Below are positions 11,373 to 21,639 of a stretch of DNA of 64,000 nt, piece by piece. The stretch comes from Candidatus Parcubacteria bacterium (GTDB lineage Bacteria > Patescibacteriota > Minisyncoccia > Phycocordibacterales > EsbW-18). Position 1 is the stretch's first letter; every line of letters starts with the position of its first letter. The stretch spans positions 2,407 to 66,406 of the forward strand of contig JBDKFZ010000012.1 of the NCBI GenBank assembly GCA_039798445.1. Direction: 5' to 3'. Made by a program: the position numbers and the translations under genes. The notes beneath the pieces are model-generated. The model saw nothing but the letters and a program-made list of their open reading frames with translations. It was not told where the DNA came from and searched no databases.

Positions 11373-14096
11373 TTATCTCTGTGTCATCAATTCCTGCAAG
11401 AGCTGTTTAAGGAGGTCAATCAGCTTAAGTTGAAGCTGGATGAGAACGTTAGTGTCCCCATGGAATGACGGCGGGTTGCTGATAGGCTTCCGGTGGGAAC
11501 CGCTTCCGCTTCCCCCATTGTCATCGTCTTCGCCCTCTTCTTCCTCTTCCACTTCCTCTCCTACTTCAAGATCAAATGTCGCAGTGACACTCTGTGCCGC
11601 ACTCATCGTGACAACACATGTTCCCGTACCTGAACATCCACCTCCTGACCATCCTATGAAATCAGAACCATCTGCAGCAACCGCAGTAAGAGTCACCTCG
11701 GTATCTGCCGCATAGTCTTCTGTACAATCAACACCACAGTTGATACCCGATGGGGCTGACGTCACAGTTCCCGAACCCGTGCCATCTTTTGAGACGGTGA
11801 GCGTTTCGGTGCCACCTACACCAGTGTTAAAAAAGAACAACGTTGAGGTTCCACTGTTAATGTCGTAATTACCGACATACAACTCCGTGTCGTCCGCAGC
11901 CAAACCAAGACCGTACACATTCGCTGTACCCACAGGATCAAACGCCGTTGCCGTACCATCTGTTGTGTCGAACGCAGCGAGATAATCACGCGACGTACCA
12001 CTGTTCACATCCGCAAAATCTCCACCGGCATAGAGGAGCGCATCATCTGAAGAGAGTTCAAGCTTGAAGACTAGAGCGTCGGGAACTGGTATAAATGCTG
12101 TTATGAGTGAATTGTCAGACAAGTCGATTCCCAACAAATACGGTGCACTAATTGCTCCGTAGCTGGAGAATTCTCCTCCGACGTATACATCACCTGTTGA
12201 TGTTGAAACTGCCACCGTGTACGAAATGCCGTCAAAGTTTGGATTAAAACTTGTCGCCAACCCCGTAGTTACGTTGAGTTCTCCAAAATACCCCCGGGCT
12301 TCAGAACCAATGTCTGTGAAGTCTCCTACAACATAGAGTGTTGTCTCATCTGTAGAAAGCGCGGTTGAGTGTACGTGTTGTCCATTTCCAGTTACGGTCG
12401 CATCAAACGCAGAAACGAGGGAGCCGTCCGAGGTATCAAGTTTGGCCAAAGCCGTTCTACTTCCTCCACCAATAGTGGTGAACGAACCTCCGGCGTAGAT
12501 ACTTGTTTCATCCGGAGACAGCACAAACGTTCTTATAGTACCATCAGCGTTGGGATCAAACGCCGTTACGGTACCCGCACCGACAGTGGTAAATGCTCCG
12601 GCATTATTTCTTGCTGTTGCCGTTGCGTCGAACGATGTGAAGTCACCACCCATGTAGAGAGTTCCATCATCATCTGAAAGAGCGAGTGCCCGCACGGTGC
12701 TATCTGCATCTGGGTCAAATGCTGTTACAGTACCCGCACCAACGGTGGTGAATGCCCCCACATAGTTTCTAAATGTTGCTCCACCGTCGAACGTTCCAAA
12801 ATCACCTCCCATGTAGAGAGTTCCTCCGTCCGAGGAAAGTGCGAGTGCGAATACTGTCGCGCCCGCACTAGGATCAAAAGCCGTTACTGAACCGTCTGTT
12901 GTGTCGAATGCCGCCACGTAATCTCTTACTGTCCCGTTTTCAACGGAGTTAAACTGACCACCGGCATAGAGTGTTGATCCATCTGGAGATAGTGCAAGTG
13001 CGAACACTGTTGCGTTATCGATATCAGGGTCAAATGCAGAATCTAAAACACCAGACGACGTGATATGTGCAAGGCGTGGTTGTGTTGTTGTTCCAACGTT
13101 CGTAAAACTTCCACCGATATACCATCCCCCCTCACCATCTGGAACAGATGCGTATATTGTTGCCCCCGGACCTCCTAATGTTGAAACCTTTGGATACGCA
13201 ACTGATGCTTGTGTTACTTCATCAAACGGAACCCCTTCACCAGCAAGTGTTCTGAACTCAAGAAAGTTACCACCTACATACAACGTAGTGCCGTCCGAAG
13301 AGCGCGCAAGAACCTGCCCCGCAGCATCGAGAGCAGCATTAAAATTGGTTATATCACCGGTATCACTATCAAATTCGGCTATGTACTCTTGGGGCAAAAG
13401 CCCATTTACGGTCAAAAAATCCCCAGCAGCATACACCGTTGATTCATCTACTGACAATTTAATACTCCATACCGTACTATCAACATCTGGATTAAAGTCA
13501 GTTGCAACACCATCCACGGTCGTAAACCCGGCAATATAGTTTCGAGCCGTCCCGCTATTTACGTCAGTAAATGAACCCCCAGCAAAAAGCGTTGCGTCAT
13601 CAGAAGAAAGCGCTATCGTGTTTACCTCGCCGTTTGGATTTGGATTAAATGCTGTGGCATTACCTGTTGTTGTATCTATTGCTGCAAGGTTAAATCGCTC
13701 ACTTTCGAGACATGCGGCCTCAAACTCCCCGCCGATACACCAAAATGACCCTCCCATGTACAACGTAGAGCCGTCCGAAGAGAGTGCTAGAGATGTCACA
13801 CCCCCGTTAAGGTTCGGATCAAACCCTCCTATCAATGAACCGTCACTCACATCAAACGCCGCAAGATAGTTTCGTGCGGTTGAAAGAGGTTCCCCAACAG
13901 TCGGCGTGATTTGGGTAAAATTACCACCCACGTAGAGCGTGGTGCCATCAGAAACGACAGCGGCAATAGATCCATCGAATTCATACCTACTTTTCACTGC
14001 GTCCGGAATTGAATCAAGCGCAGGTGCGGCATGTACGAAAGAAGGCACCGATGTGAACACGAAGAGAAGCGCGATGAGAAAGAATAGTTTTTTCAT
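11373..14096 (-). CDS. giant secreted surface protein P2 (about 907 aa): signal peptide, about 16 delta-60-like ~50-aa propeller repeats, shared C-terminal SHRKP/helix module (no peptidoglycan-binding domain)
   Basis: Likely start MKKLFFLIALLFVFTSVPSFVHA at 14096 (ORF track starts at 14135). Repeats follow the pattern LALSxDGxTLYxGGxFTxVNGxxRNYxAAFDTxxGxxTAFxPNxN. Tail reads EEEEEGEDDDNGGSGSGSHRKPISNPPSFHGDTNVLIQLQLKLIDLLKQLLQELMTQR. Confidence 0.8.
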   Translation of the reverse strand: MKKLFFLIALLFVFTSVPSFVHAAPALDSIPDAVKSRYEFDGSIAAVVSDGTTLYVGGNFTQITPTVGEPLSTARNYLAAFDVSDGSLIGGFDPNLNGGVTSLALSSDGSTLYMGGSFWCIGGEFEAACLESERFNLAAIDTTTGNATAFNPNPNGEVNTIALSSDDATLFAGGSFTDVNSGTARNYIAGFTTVDGVATDFNPDVDSTVWSIKLSVDESTVYAAGDFLTVNGLLPQEYIAEFDSDTGDITNFNAALDAAGQVLARSSDGTTLYVGGNFLEFRTLAGEGVPFDEVTQASVAYPKVSTLGGPGATIYASVPDGEGGWYIGGSFTNVGTTTQPRLAHITSSGVLDSAFDPDIDNATVFALALSPDGSTLYAGGQFNSVENGTVRDYVAAFDTTDGSVTAFDPSAGATVFALALSSDGGTLYMGGDFGTFDGGATFRNYVGAFTTVGAGTVTAFDPDADSTVRALALSDDDGTLYMGGDFTSFDATATARNNAGAFTTVGAGTVTAFDPNADGTIRTFVLSPDETSIYAGGSFTTIGGGSRTALAKLDTSDGSLVSAFDATVTGNGQHVHSTALSTDETTLYVVGDFTDIGSEARGYFGELNVTTGLATSFNPNFDGISYTVAVSTSTGDVYVGGEFSSYGAISAPYLLGIDLSDNSLITAFIPVPDALVFKLELSSDDALLYAGGDFADVNSGTSRDYLAAFDTTDGTATAFDPVGTANVYGLGLAADDTELYVGNYDINSGTSTLFFFNTGVGGTETLTVSKDGTGSGTVTSAPSGINCGVDCTEDYAADTEVTLTAVAADGSDFIGWSGGGCSGTGTCVVTMSAAQSVTATFDLEVGEEVEEEEEGEDDDNGGSGSGSHRKPISNPPSFHGDTNVLIQLQLKLIDLLKQLLQELMTQR

Positions 14097-14126
14097 GAGA
14101 ATGATGAAGCTAAAAGAATGCCCAAA

Positions 14127-14138
14127 GTATAGCAAAAG
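14127..14138 (-). promoter_or_regulatory. extended -10-like box TGCTATACT upstream of P2
   Basis: Minus strand reads ttttGCTATACTttggg, about 25 nt upstream of ATG 14096, overlapping the P3 terminator T-run. Confidence 0.35.
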
Positions 14139-14159
14139 CCACGGATTCCCGTGGCTTTT
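14134..14159 (-). terminator. rho-independent terminator after P3
   Basis: aaaagccacgg-attc-ccgtggctttt. Confidence 0.65.
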
Positions 14160-14184
14160 GTGTGAATTGACTAGAATCTAATGT

Positions 14185-17100
14185 CTACAAACCGTTGATA
14201 TACGCCCTCGTCACTGGTCCGAAGTATCCAGCAGCTGGAGTGATACCGACAGATGCTTGGTATTCAGCAAGAGCTGCTTGGGTGAGAGGGCCGAAGAAGC
14301 CTGTTGCTCCAACTGCTGCAAGAGCTTGGGCTTGTGGTCCCTTGTTTTGAGCAATGAGGAAGAGTTGGAGTGCTGTTACGTCTGGTCCCTTACTATTGAG
14401 ATCGAGGTCGCGGGTGTAGATATCTGATGTGGTTGATGGGATGCCGAGAAGTGAAGCCAGTATCGCCTTGAGTTCTTCGATGCGGGCTTGGAGAGACTCG
14501 AGGAGAGTTGTGTCGTCACGGAACGACGGAGGATTGACGAGAGGCTTTCGGTGACTTCCGCTTCTGGTTTCCCCATCATCTTCAACTTCGTCCACGTCTT
14601 CTGAATCATAAATACCAAACCAACCAGACGATCCTCCTACATATAGTTCATCGCCATCAGGGTGAAGGGCCAACGCATACATGTAGTAGGCATCTGTGGG
14701 ATTGAAATCAAGAACACTGGCATTAGACGTCTGAATTGCAGCGAGATAATCACGCAACGCCCCTCCTTCAGAATTAAAACTTCCACCTGCATAGAGGACC
14801 TCATCGTCAGATGTGAGAGCGAGAGAATACACAGCACCGCCTTCCGCGAAATCTGGGTCAAAATCGAGAAGCCCAAGATCGGACGTTGAGAATGCTGCAA
14901 GACCAGCACGTGCACCACCCCCAGTTTCTAACACACGCAACACCCCTCCTCCTGCAAAGATATTTCCATTTACGGGACCACTGATGGTATATACATCGTA
15001 ACCAAAACTAGTATTAAGACGGGCACTGAATTCTGTGAGTGTTGCGTCACTCGTATTGAGTGCTACGAGACCGGCAACATTCTCACCACTTATGTTTGTA
15101 AAACCACCACCCGCATACAGAACGGACTCGTCAGAAGAAAGACTTAATGCATACACCGTAGAGTTGGCGTCGGGGGCAAAAGGCATTGCAAGACCGTCGT
15201 CTGTGTCGATTGCAGCAAGACGATAGCGCTCGCTTCCAAGACACACTTCCTCTTCGTCATCATACCCACCAACACAGTAGAAATCTCCTCCTGCAAACAA
15301 AACACTGTCATCATCCGAGAGTTCCAGTGAGTAGACGCTACTGTTCATATCAGGATTAAACGCAGTTGCAACGCTCGTTGTTTCTGTTGTATCAAGTGCT
15401 GCGAGATAGTTTCTATCCGCATTACATACTTCCAGACCCGAATCATATTCGACACAAGAGAAACTTCCTCCCACATACAATGTCAAATCATCAGAAGAAA
15501 GAGCAAGACTTGTGGCACCGTTATTTAGAGAGGGCGCAAAGTCTGTTGCAACTCCATCTGAGGTGTTGAATCCAGCGACGTGACCGCGATCTGTTGCGCC
15601 ATTAACTACTAGGAAGTTCCCCGCTGCGTAGAGTGTTGCCTCATCTGAACTTAGTTGAAGTGCGTATACGTCGCCATTCATGTCGGGATCAAAATTGGTC
15701 AGTGATCCATCACTCGTATCGAATGCGGCAAGACGATTTCTTGTTGTTGAGTTGATCGTTGTGAATTCTCCACCCGCGTAAAGCGTTTCTCCATCAGAAG
15801 AAAGTGCGAGGGCCCGAACTGTTCCCCCCTCAGAACCGAAGTCCGGCTCGAAGGTAGGATCGATAGTCATATCAGGAAGAATGTGTGCAATGCGCGAGTC
15901 CCATACTCCTCCATCTATACGGTTGAAGGACCCACCAGCATACCAACCACCGTTGCCGTCCGGGATAGATGCGTGGACTGTGCTTGCATTCGTCGAAAAA
16001 ATCGACTGTGAATCAACAAATGATCCTGTTGTGGCGTCAAAAATACCTCCCTCACCGATATTTATAAGGCCTGGTGTAAATTCAGTAAACTCACCTCCCG
16101 CATATAACGTCTCTCCGTCAGAGGAGAGTGTGAGGGCCCGAACCGTATCATCCGCTGGAAATTCTGTAGAAAGAAGGGTGGAACCGTCAGTGGTATCAAG
16201 TGCGACCAGTTTTTCTGTGAAGTCTCCACCAGCGTACAAACTGTTGCCATCAGACGAGAGTTTAAGTGCGCGAACCTCACCATCAAGTGAAGGAGTGAAC
16301 GCAATCTCCGCTCCTGTACCCGCGTCCATTTTTGCTACGTAATAAACGTCCCCGCCTACTCCCCATTCCTCAAAATCTCCACCGGCGTACACCGTTGAAC
16401 CATCAGAAGAGACAACAAGAGAATAAACCGTATATCCACCCCCCATATTGGGATTAAAATCCGTCATGACTCCATCAATTGTAGTGACCGCCGCAAGACT
16501 GTAACGATTACCTCCGATTCCATTTATTCCATTAAAAGCACCTCCAATATAGAGAGTCCCAGCATCTGGTGAGAGAGCGAGAGCATGCACCGACTGATCT
16601 ACTGAGACCACGTTTGGATTAAAATCAGTTAGTTCATACGTAGCAAGATCGATTGCAGCGACTTCACTTCGAGAAACACGATCTGCTTGTGTCATTGAAC
16701 CCCCTGCAAGCAACTGTCCATTCACAGAAGAAAGCGCGTAAACTGTACCATCGTAAAATCCACCACCAAAATCCTCTGCGGTCGCCGTGCCGTCAGAAAC
16801 TGCGAGTGCTGCGATTCTATTGCGTGTCGTTCCTCCATTAACCGCTGTAAATGACCCACCTGCGTAAAGTGTGGTCTCATCAGAAGAAAGTGCGAGTGAA
16901 TACACAAAACCAGCACCCACGTTTGGGTCAAATGCCTCTACAAGTGAGCCGTCGGTCGTATCAACTGCAGCAATTTTGTTACGTGTCGTGCCAGAATTAA
17001 CATCTGTAAACACTCCTCCTATATAGAGTGTCGAATCATCGTCTGAAAGAGCCATCGCAAGAATGTCATCATTAACATTTGGATCAAAGACAAGCTGACT

Positions 17101-17979
17101 TCCATCAGACGTGTCGAATGCAAAAAGCGCGTCATACCCATCACCTATCCCAAATTCCGTAGTACCACCCCCCACATACAATATGTCTCCGCCGGAAGAA
17201 AGGGCTAAAGAATTGGGGCGTGCAGGGAAAGTGATGTCCCCTCCAAAATCAACACCGGGAACAAGGGAGCCGTCTGTTGTATTAAGCGCGGCAAGACCAT
17301 ATGCAGATTGTCCATTAACCGAAACAAATGTTCCACCGACATACAATGTTTCTCCATCCGGAGAAAGCACAATCGCCTTAACAATATTGGTCAAGTTTGG
17401 ATTAAACGCTGTAAGTGTCCCATCTGATGTATTAATCGCTGCAAGACGATTTCGTGTCGTACCATTGATTTCAGAAAAATCACCTCCAACATAAAGTGTT
17501 TCACCGTCTGGTGAAAGAGCCAGGGCTAAAACCATATCTCCAAGAATAAATACGGGATCAAAATCGGTATCAATAGATCCATCAGAAAGCACGTGTGCAA
17601 GGGAGTAAAGGCTCTCTCCGTTTACTGTGTCAAAATCCCCACCGACATACCAGCCCCCAACCCCATCATCTGTAACAGCAAAAACTGTTTCTTCATCGCC
17701 TGGGGTCACTCTTTCAAATCTCGGGAACGTTTCCACTCGTTCTCCTGTTTCCTCAGTAAACAAAACTGCATTACCAACAATCTTCGAAACCTGAGAAAAA
17801 CTTCCGCCGAGATACAATGTGTCGCCATCAGTTACAACCACATTTATCTGATCACTAAACGTATACTTATTCTTTACTGCATCCAATGTTTCGGAGAGTG
17901 TTGGTGCTGCTTGCACAAAAAATGGTGCGATGACAAGCACAGCAAGGAGGGCGAAGATGGAACGATACAATGCCTTCAT
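14185..17979 (-). CDS. giant secreted surface protein P3 (about 1264 aa): signal peptide, about 22 delta-60-like propeller repeats, shared C-terminal linker module, C-terminal peptidoglycan-binding domain (PG_binding_1-like)
   Basis: Likely start MKALYRSIFALLAVLVIAPFFVQA at 17979 (ORF-track TTG at 18000). C-terminus reads DDGETRSGSHRKPLVNPPSFRDDTTLLESLQARIEELKAILASLLG then YTRDLDLNSKGPDVTALQLFLIAQNKGPQAQALAAVGATGFFGPLTQAALAEYQASVGITPAAGYFGPVTRAYINGL. Confidence 0.85.
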   Translation of the reverse strand: MKALYRSIFALLAVLVIAPFFVQAAPTLSETLDAVKNKYTFSDQINVVVTDGDTLYLGGSFSQVSKIVGNAVLFTEETGERVETFPRFERVTPGDEETVFAVTDDGVGGWYVGGDFDTVNGESLYSLAHVLSDGSIDTDFDPVFILGDMVLALALSPDGETLYVGGDFSEINGTTRNRLAAINTSDGTLTAFNPNLTNIVKAIVLSPDGETLYVGGTFVSVNGQSAYGLAALNTTDGSLVPGVDFGGDITFPARPNSLALSSGGDILYVGGGTTEFGIGDGYDALFAFDTSDGSQLVFDPNVNDDILAMALSDDDSTLYIGGVFTDVNSGTTRNKIAAVDTTDGSLVEAFDPNVGAGFVYSLALSSDETTLYAGGSFTAVNGGTTRNRIAALAVSDGTATAEDFGGGFYDGTVYALSSVNGQLLAGGSMTQADRVSRSEVAAIDLATYELTDFNPNVVSVDQSVHALALSPDAGTLYIGGAFNGINGIGGNRYSLAAVTTIDGVMTDFNPNMGGGYTVYSLVVSSDGSTVYAGGDFEEWGVGGDVYYVAKMDAGTGAEIAFTPSLDGEVRALKLSSDGNSLYAGGDFTEKLVALDTTDGSTLLSTEFPADDTVRALTLSSDGETLYAGGEFTEFTPGLINIGEGGIFDATTGSFVDSQSIFSTNASTVHASIPDGNGGWYAGGSFNRIDGGVWDSRIAHILPDMTIDPTFEPDFGSEGGTVRALALSSDGETLYAGGEFTTINSTTRNRLAAFDTSDGSLTNFDPDMNGDVYALQLSSDEATLYAAGNFLVVNGATDRGHVAGFNTSDGVATDFAPSLNNGATSLALSSDDLTLYVGGSFSCVEYDSGLEVCNADRNYLAALDTTETTSVATAFNPDMNSSVYSLELSDDDSVLFAGGDFYCVGGYDDEEEVCLGSERYRLAAIDTDDGLAMPFAPDANSTVYALSLSSDESVLYAGGGFTNISGENVAGLVALNTSDATLTEFSARLNTSFGYDVYTISGPVNGNIFAGGGVLRVLETGGGARAGLAAFSTSDLGLLDFDPDFAEGGAVYSLALTSDDEVLYAGGSFNSEGGALRDYLAAIQTSNASVLDFNPTDAYYMYALALHPDGDELYVGGSSGWFGIYDSEDVDEVEDDGETRSGSHRKPLVNPPSFRDDTTLLESLQARIEELKAILASLLGIPSTTSDIYTRDLDLNSKGPDVTALQLFLIAQNKGPQAQALAAVGATGFFGPLTQAALAEYQASVGITPAAGYFGPVTRAYINGL

Positions 17980-18007
17980 AGTTTCAGATGTTAATTTCAA
18001 TCCTCAA

Positions 18008-18020
18008 AGTATACCAAAAG
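18008..18020 (-). promoter_or_regulatory. extended -10 box TGGTATACT upstream of P3
   Basis: Minus strand reads cttttGGTATACTttgagg, about 30 nt upstream of ATG 17979. Confidence 0.4.
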
Positions 18021-18036
18021 CCACGGATCCCCATAG

Positions 18037-18064
18037 CAAAACCACCCCTGTTGGGGTGGTTTTG
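18037..18064 (-). terminator. rho-independent terminator after fusA
   Basis: aaaaccacccc-tgtt-ggggtggtttt. Confidence 0.7.
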
Positions 18065-18083
18065 GGCATCTTTTGAATTGAGA

Positions 18084-20231
18084 TTACTTTTTCCCTCGGG
18101 CCTCGACGACGGTCTTGGCGACGTTCTCAGGAACCACGGCGTAGTGGTCGAATTCCATGAGCATCGTACCGCGACCTTCGGTCATCGAACGGAGATCAGT
18201 GGTGTAACCAAACATCTCGGAGAGCGGAACCTGGGCCTTAACGACCTTGAGCTGTCCACGGTCTTCCATGCCTTCGATCTGACCACGCTTTCCTGAAAGG
18301 CTTCCGGTGATATCACCCATGAATTTTTCAGGAACGATGACTTCGACTTTCATAACAGGTTCGAGGAGAACAGGACGTGCTTTCTGTGCACCCTCTTGGA
18401 AGGCCATCGATGCAGCAATCTTGAACGCGATTTCAGATGAGTCGACATCGTGGTACGAACCATCGTAGAGCTCGACTGAGATGTTGACCATCTTGAAGCC
18501 GGCAGTAACACCGCGGTCGAGTGACTCGCGGATACCCTTTTCGACTGCAGGGATGAATTCCTGTGGAATGACACCACCCTTGATGTTGTTGATGAACTCG
18601 AATCCACCATCGCGCTTCGTGTTCTTTGGAAGATCTTCTTCGTTGACGGTGAGGTCCATCGGCTTGAGACGGAGTTTGACGTGACCGTACTGTCCCTTAC
18701 CACCAGTCTGCTTGATGTATTTGTTTTCGACTTCGGCAGTTCCCATGATGGTCTCACGGTATGCGACCTGTGGCTTACCGACGTTTGCTTCGACAGCAAA
18801 TTCGCGGCGCATGCGCTCAACGAGAACTTCGAGGTGAAGCTCACCCATGCCGGAGATGATGGTCTCGAGTGTTTCGGGATCACCCATGACGCGGAATGTT
18901 GGGTCTTCATCAGCAAGACGGCGGAGTGCCATACCGAGTTTCTCTTGGTCGGCCTTGGTCTTAGGTTCGATGCGGAGCGAGATGACCGGTTCAGGAACCT
19001 TGATTGGGTCGAGGATGATTGCGTGATCTTCGTCACAGAGTGTGTCAGATGTCTTTGTGTCTTTGAGACCGACGGCTGCCGCGATTTCTCCGGCGAAGAC
19101 CTTCTTCACTTCTTCACGGTCGTTGGCGTGCAAACGAACGATACGGCTCAAGCGCTCTTTGCTCTGTGTGCGGCTGTTGTAGATGTATGAACCTGCCTCA
19201 ACAGTACCTGAGTACACACGGAAGAAGGTGAGCTGTCCGACGAATGGGTCTGTTTGGACCTTGAACGCGAGCGATGCGAATGGCTCGTCGTCAGATGGGT
19301 TGCGGAAGACGTCCTCACCAGTGTTTGGGTCGATACCCTTTGTAGGTGGGATGTCGAGCGGTGATGGGAGGTAGTCGACGACGGCGTCGAGGACCAACTG
19401 AACACCCTTGTTCTTGAGAGCTGAACCAGTGAAGACCGGAACGATCTTGTTGGCGATAACCGCAACGCGGAGCGTTGCTTTGAGCTGTTCAAGAGAAGGT
19501 TCCTTACCATCGAGGTAGTCGCTCATGAGTGCTTCGTCTTCGCCGACAATTTTTTCGATGAGCTCGGCGCGGTACTTCTTTGCATCTGCCACGTACTTCT
19601 CAGGAATCTCTTCCTGGCGGAGCGTGTTACCCATGTTTCCTTCGAAGTAAACCGCCTTCATTGTGAGGAGATCGATGACACCCTCGTGGTTGTCTTCTTC
19701 GCCCATCGGGATCTGCATGCGGACCGCGAACTTTGTGAGACGGTCGAGAATCGATGCGTACGAGCGTTCGAATGATGCACCCGTTCGGTCGAGCTTGTTG
19801 ATGAAACAGATACGAGGAACCTTACCTTCATCGGCGTAGCGCCAGTTGGTTTCTGACTGAGGTTCAACACCGGCAACACCGTCGAAGACGACGACGGCAC
19901 CGTCGAGAACGCGGAGCGATCGCTTCACTTCGATGGTGAAGTCGATGTGTCCAGGGGTGTCGATGATATTGAAACGGTGCATGTGCGACTTGTCGGCACC
20001 TGCATACGTAGGATTCCAAAATGCGGTAACGGCAGCAGCAGTGATTGTGATACCACGCTCACGCTCCTGTTCCATCCAGTCCATGACCGTGTCACCTTCG
20101 TGCACTTCACCGATTTTGTGCGAAACACCGGTGTAGAAGAGGATGCGCTCTGATGTCGTCGTCTTTCCGGCGTCGATGTGCGCGACGATACCGAAGTTTC
20201 TCACCTTCTCCAATGGGTAATCACGGTTCAT
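18084..20231 (-). CDS. fusA: translation elongation factor G
   Basis: N-terminus [35 protein letters not shown]; full-length GTPase and EF-G domains (715 aa). Confidence 0.95.
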   Translation of the reverse strand: MNRDYPLEKVRNFGIVAHIDAGKTTTSERILFYTGVSHKIGEVHEGDTVMDWMEQERERGITITAAAVTAFWNPTYAGADKSHMHRFNIIDTPGHIDFTIEVKRSLRVLDGAVVVFDGVAGVEPQSETNWRYADEGKVPRICFINKLDRTGASFERSYASILDRLTKFAVRMQIPMGEEDNHEGVIDLLTMKAVYFEGNMGNTLRQEEIPEKYVADAKKYRAELIEKIVGEDEALMSDYLDGKEPSLEQLKATLRVAVIANKIVPVFTGSALKNKGVQLVLDAVVDYLPSPLDIPPTKGIDPNTGEDVFRNPSDDEPFASLAFKVQTDPFVGQLTFFRVYSGTVEAGSYIYNSRTQSKERLSRIVRLHANDREEVKKVFAGEIAAAVGLKDTKTSDTLCDEDHAIILDPIKVPEPVISLRIEPKTKADQEKLGMALRRLADEDPTFRVMGDPETLETIISGMGELHLEVLVERMRREFAVEANVGKPQVAYRETIMGTAEVENKYIKQTGGKGQYGHVKLRLKPMDLTVNEEDLPKNTKRDGGFEFINNIKGGVIPQEFIPAVEKGIRESLDRGVTAGFKMVNISVELYDGSYHDVDSSEIAFKIAASMAFQEGAQKARPVLLEPVMKVEVIVPEKFMGDITGSLSGKRGQIEGMEDRGQLKVVKAQVPLSEMFGYTTDLRSMTEGRGTMLMEFDHYAVVPENVAKTVVEARGKK

Positions 20232-20284
20232 ATATGACTGGTAGCTAGAAGCTGTTGGCTAATATAGATAAATAGAGAAAAAAT

Positions 20285-20305
20285 GCCCTGTTTGGGCAAG
20301 GGCAC
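20285..20305 (-). terminator. hairpin with U-run in the rpsG-fusA intergenic region (candidate internal attenuator)
   Basis: gccct-gtttgggca-agggc followed on the minus strand by ttttttct. 155-nt spacer between rpsG and fusA. Confidence 0.4.
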
Positions 20306-20387
20306 TATAGCACGTAAGGGTTCTTTGACAATACGACAAACAGAAAAGCCCCTCGCGGGACTTTGATGTATCTCTCTGGAGGAAAGA

Positions 20388-20879
20388 TTATTTCTTCTGC
20401 GTTCGGCTGAAAGCGAAGTGAGCGAATGCCTTGTTGGCTTCTGCCATGCGGTGCACGGTTTCGCGCTTCTTCATTGCCTCCCCTTCTCCCTTGCTTGCAA
20501 GGATGAGCTCGTTGGCGAGACGTGTACCAAATGGAGCGCCTTTCTTTCCGCGAACGCCGCCGAGGATCCAGCGGAGTGAGAGTGCGAGCTGACGTTCAGG
20601 ACGAACTGGGAAAGGAACCTGGTAGTTAGCACCACCGACGCGGCGTGAGCGGACTTCCATAGTAGGAGCGACGTTCTGGATCGCAGTCTCAAGGAGCGCT
20701 GCTGGATCTTCGTTGCCTGCTGCCTTCATTGCTTCGAGCGCATCGTAGACGGCGCGCTGTGCAGTCGACTTCTTTCCGCCGATCATGACGTAGTTAACGA
20801 GCTTCGTAACAGTTACGGAGTCGTACTTGCGATCTTTGATCGCTGGGTGCTTCTGCTTTTCTTTGAGAGGACGTCGCAT
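20388..20879 (-). CDS. rpsG: 30S ribosomal protein S7
   Basis: MRRPLKEKQK...VYDALEAMKAAG...MEVRSRRVGGANYQVP...ANKAFAHF. Confidence 0.95.
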   Translation of the reverse strand: MRRPLKEKQKHPAIKDRKYDSVTVTKLVNYVMIGGKKSTAQRAVYDALEAMKAAGNEDPAALLETAIQNVAPTMEVRSRRVGGANYQVPFPVRPERQLALSLRWILGGVRGKKGAPFGTRLANELILASKGEGEAMKKRETVHRMAEANKAFAHFAFSRTQKK

Positions 20880-20888
20880 GAAAAATTA

Positions 20889-21305
20889 TTATGAAGTTGC
20901 CTTTGGCTTCTTGGTACCGTAGTGGCTGCGACCCTTGCGGCGCTTTTCGACACCTTCTGCGTCGAGACGACCACGAACGATTGTGTAACGAGCACCGATG
21001 TCTTTGACACGACCACCGCGGAGCATGACCACCGAGTGTTCCTGGAGCTTGTGTCCCATTCCTGGGATGTACGCGGTGACTTCGAGACCGTTGGTGAGGC
21101 GAACGCGGGCGATCTTGCGGATAGCCGAGTTAGGCTTCTTAGGAGTTGTTGTTTTGACCTGCGTACAAACACCACGCTTGAAAGGAGATGGGTAGGTCGA
21201 AGGACGGTTCGTGATGGTGTTAAAACCACGACGAAGGGCCGTCGTCTTTGATTTTGCGGCGACTTTCTTGCGGTTGCGGCGTACGAGCTGGTTAACGGTT
21301 GTCAT
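20889..21305 (-). CDS. rpsL: 30S ribosomal protein S12 (with a C-terminal basic extension)
   Basis: [14 protein letters not shown]...[43 protein letters not shown]. Confidence 0.95.
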   Translation of the reverse strand: MTTVNQLVRRNRKKVAAKSKTTALRRGFNTITNRPSTYPSPFKRGVCTQVKTTTPKKPNSAIRKIARVRLTNGLEVTAYIPGMGHKLQEHSVVMLRGGRVKDIGARYTIVRGRLDAEGVEKRRKGRSHYGTKKPKATS

Positions 21306-21639
21306 TGGGTCAAAAAATCCGCGATTGCGGATAGAGGGAGAATACTATGAAAGTCGTTGGGATGCAAGACGGATTGGAGCTCCTCCATAAAGAACGGCCA
21401 CATGCGGAGTGCGCAGAGGTGGCCTGTGTGTCCTTTCGGACTGAACCCCGTTGTAGGGCTCTGGGTAAGTATCCTTTGTGATCCGGTACATCTTTGGTCT
21501 ACCGAACATTCGGCTTGGCGTCGCCGGACACGCCTCCGGATCATCTCGGCGCGGACGCAGTCCTCAGCTCTAAACGAGGAGACGCTTCATGTATACCTCA
21601 CCTCCTTCCAGGAGAGAACTTACACCTTGAGCTCCCACT

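Noticed and set aside
18350-19510. ORFs 18350..19036 (-), 18681..19190 (+) and 19148..19510 (-)
   Set aside because: They are alternate frames or antisense of fusA, with Ser/Thr/Arg-rich low-complexity translations.
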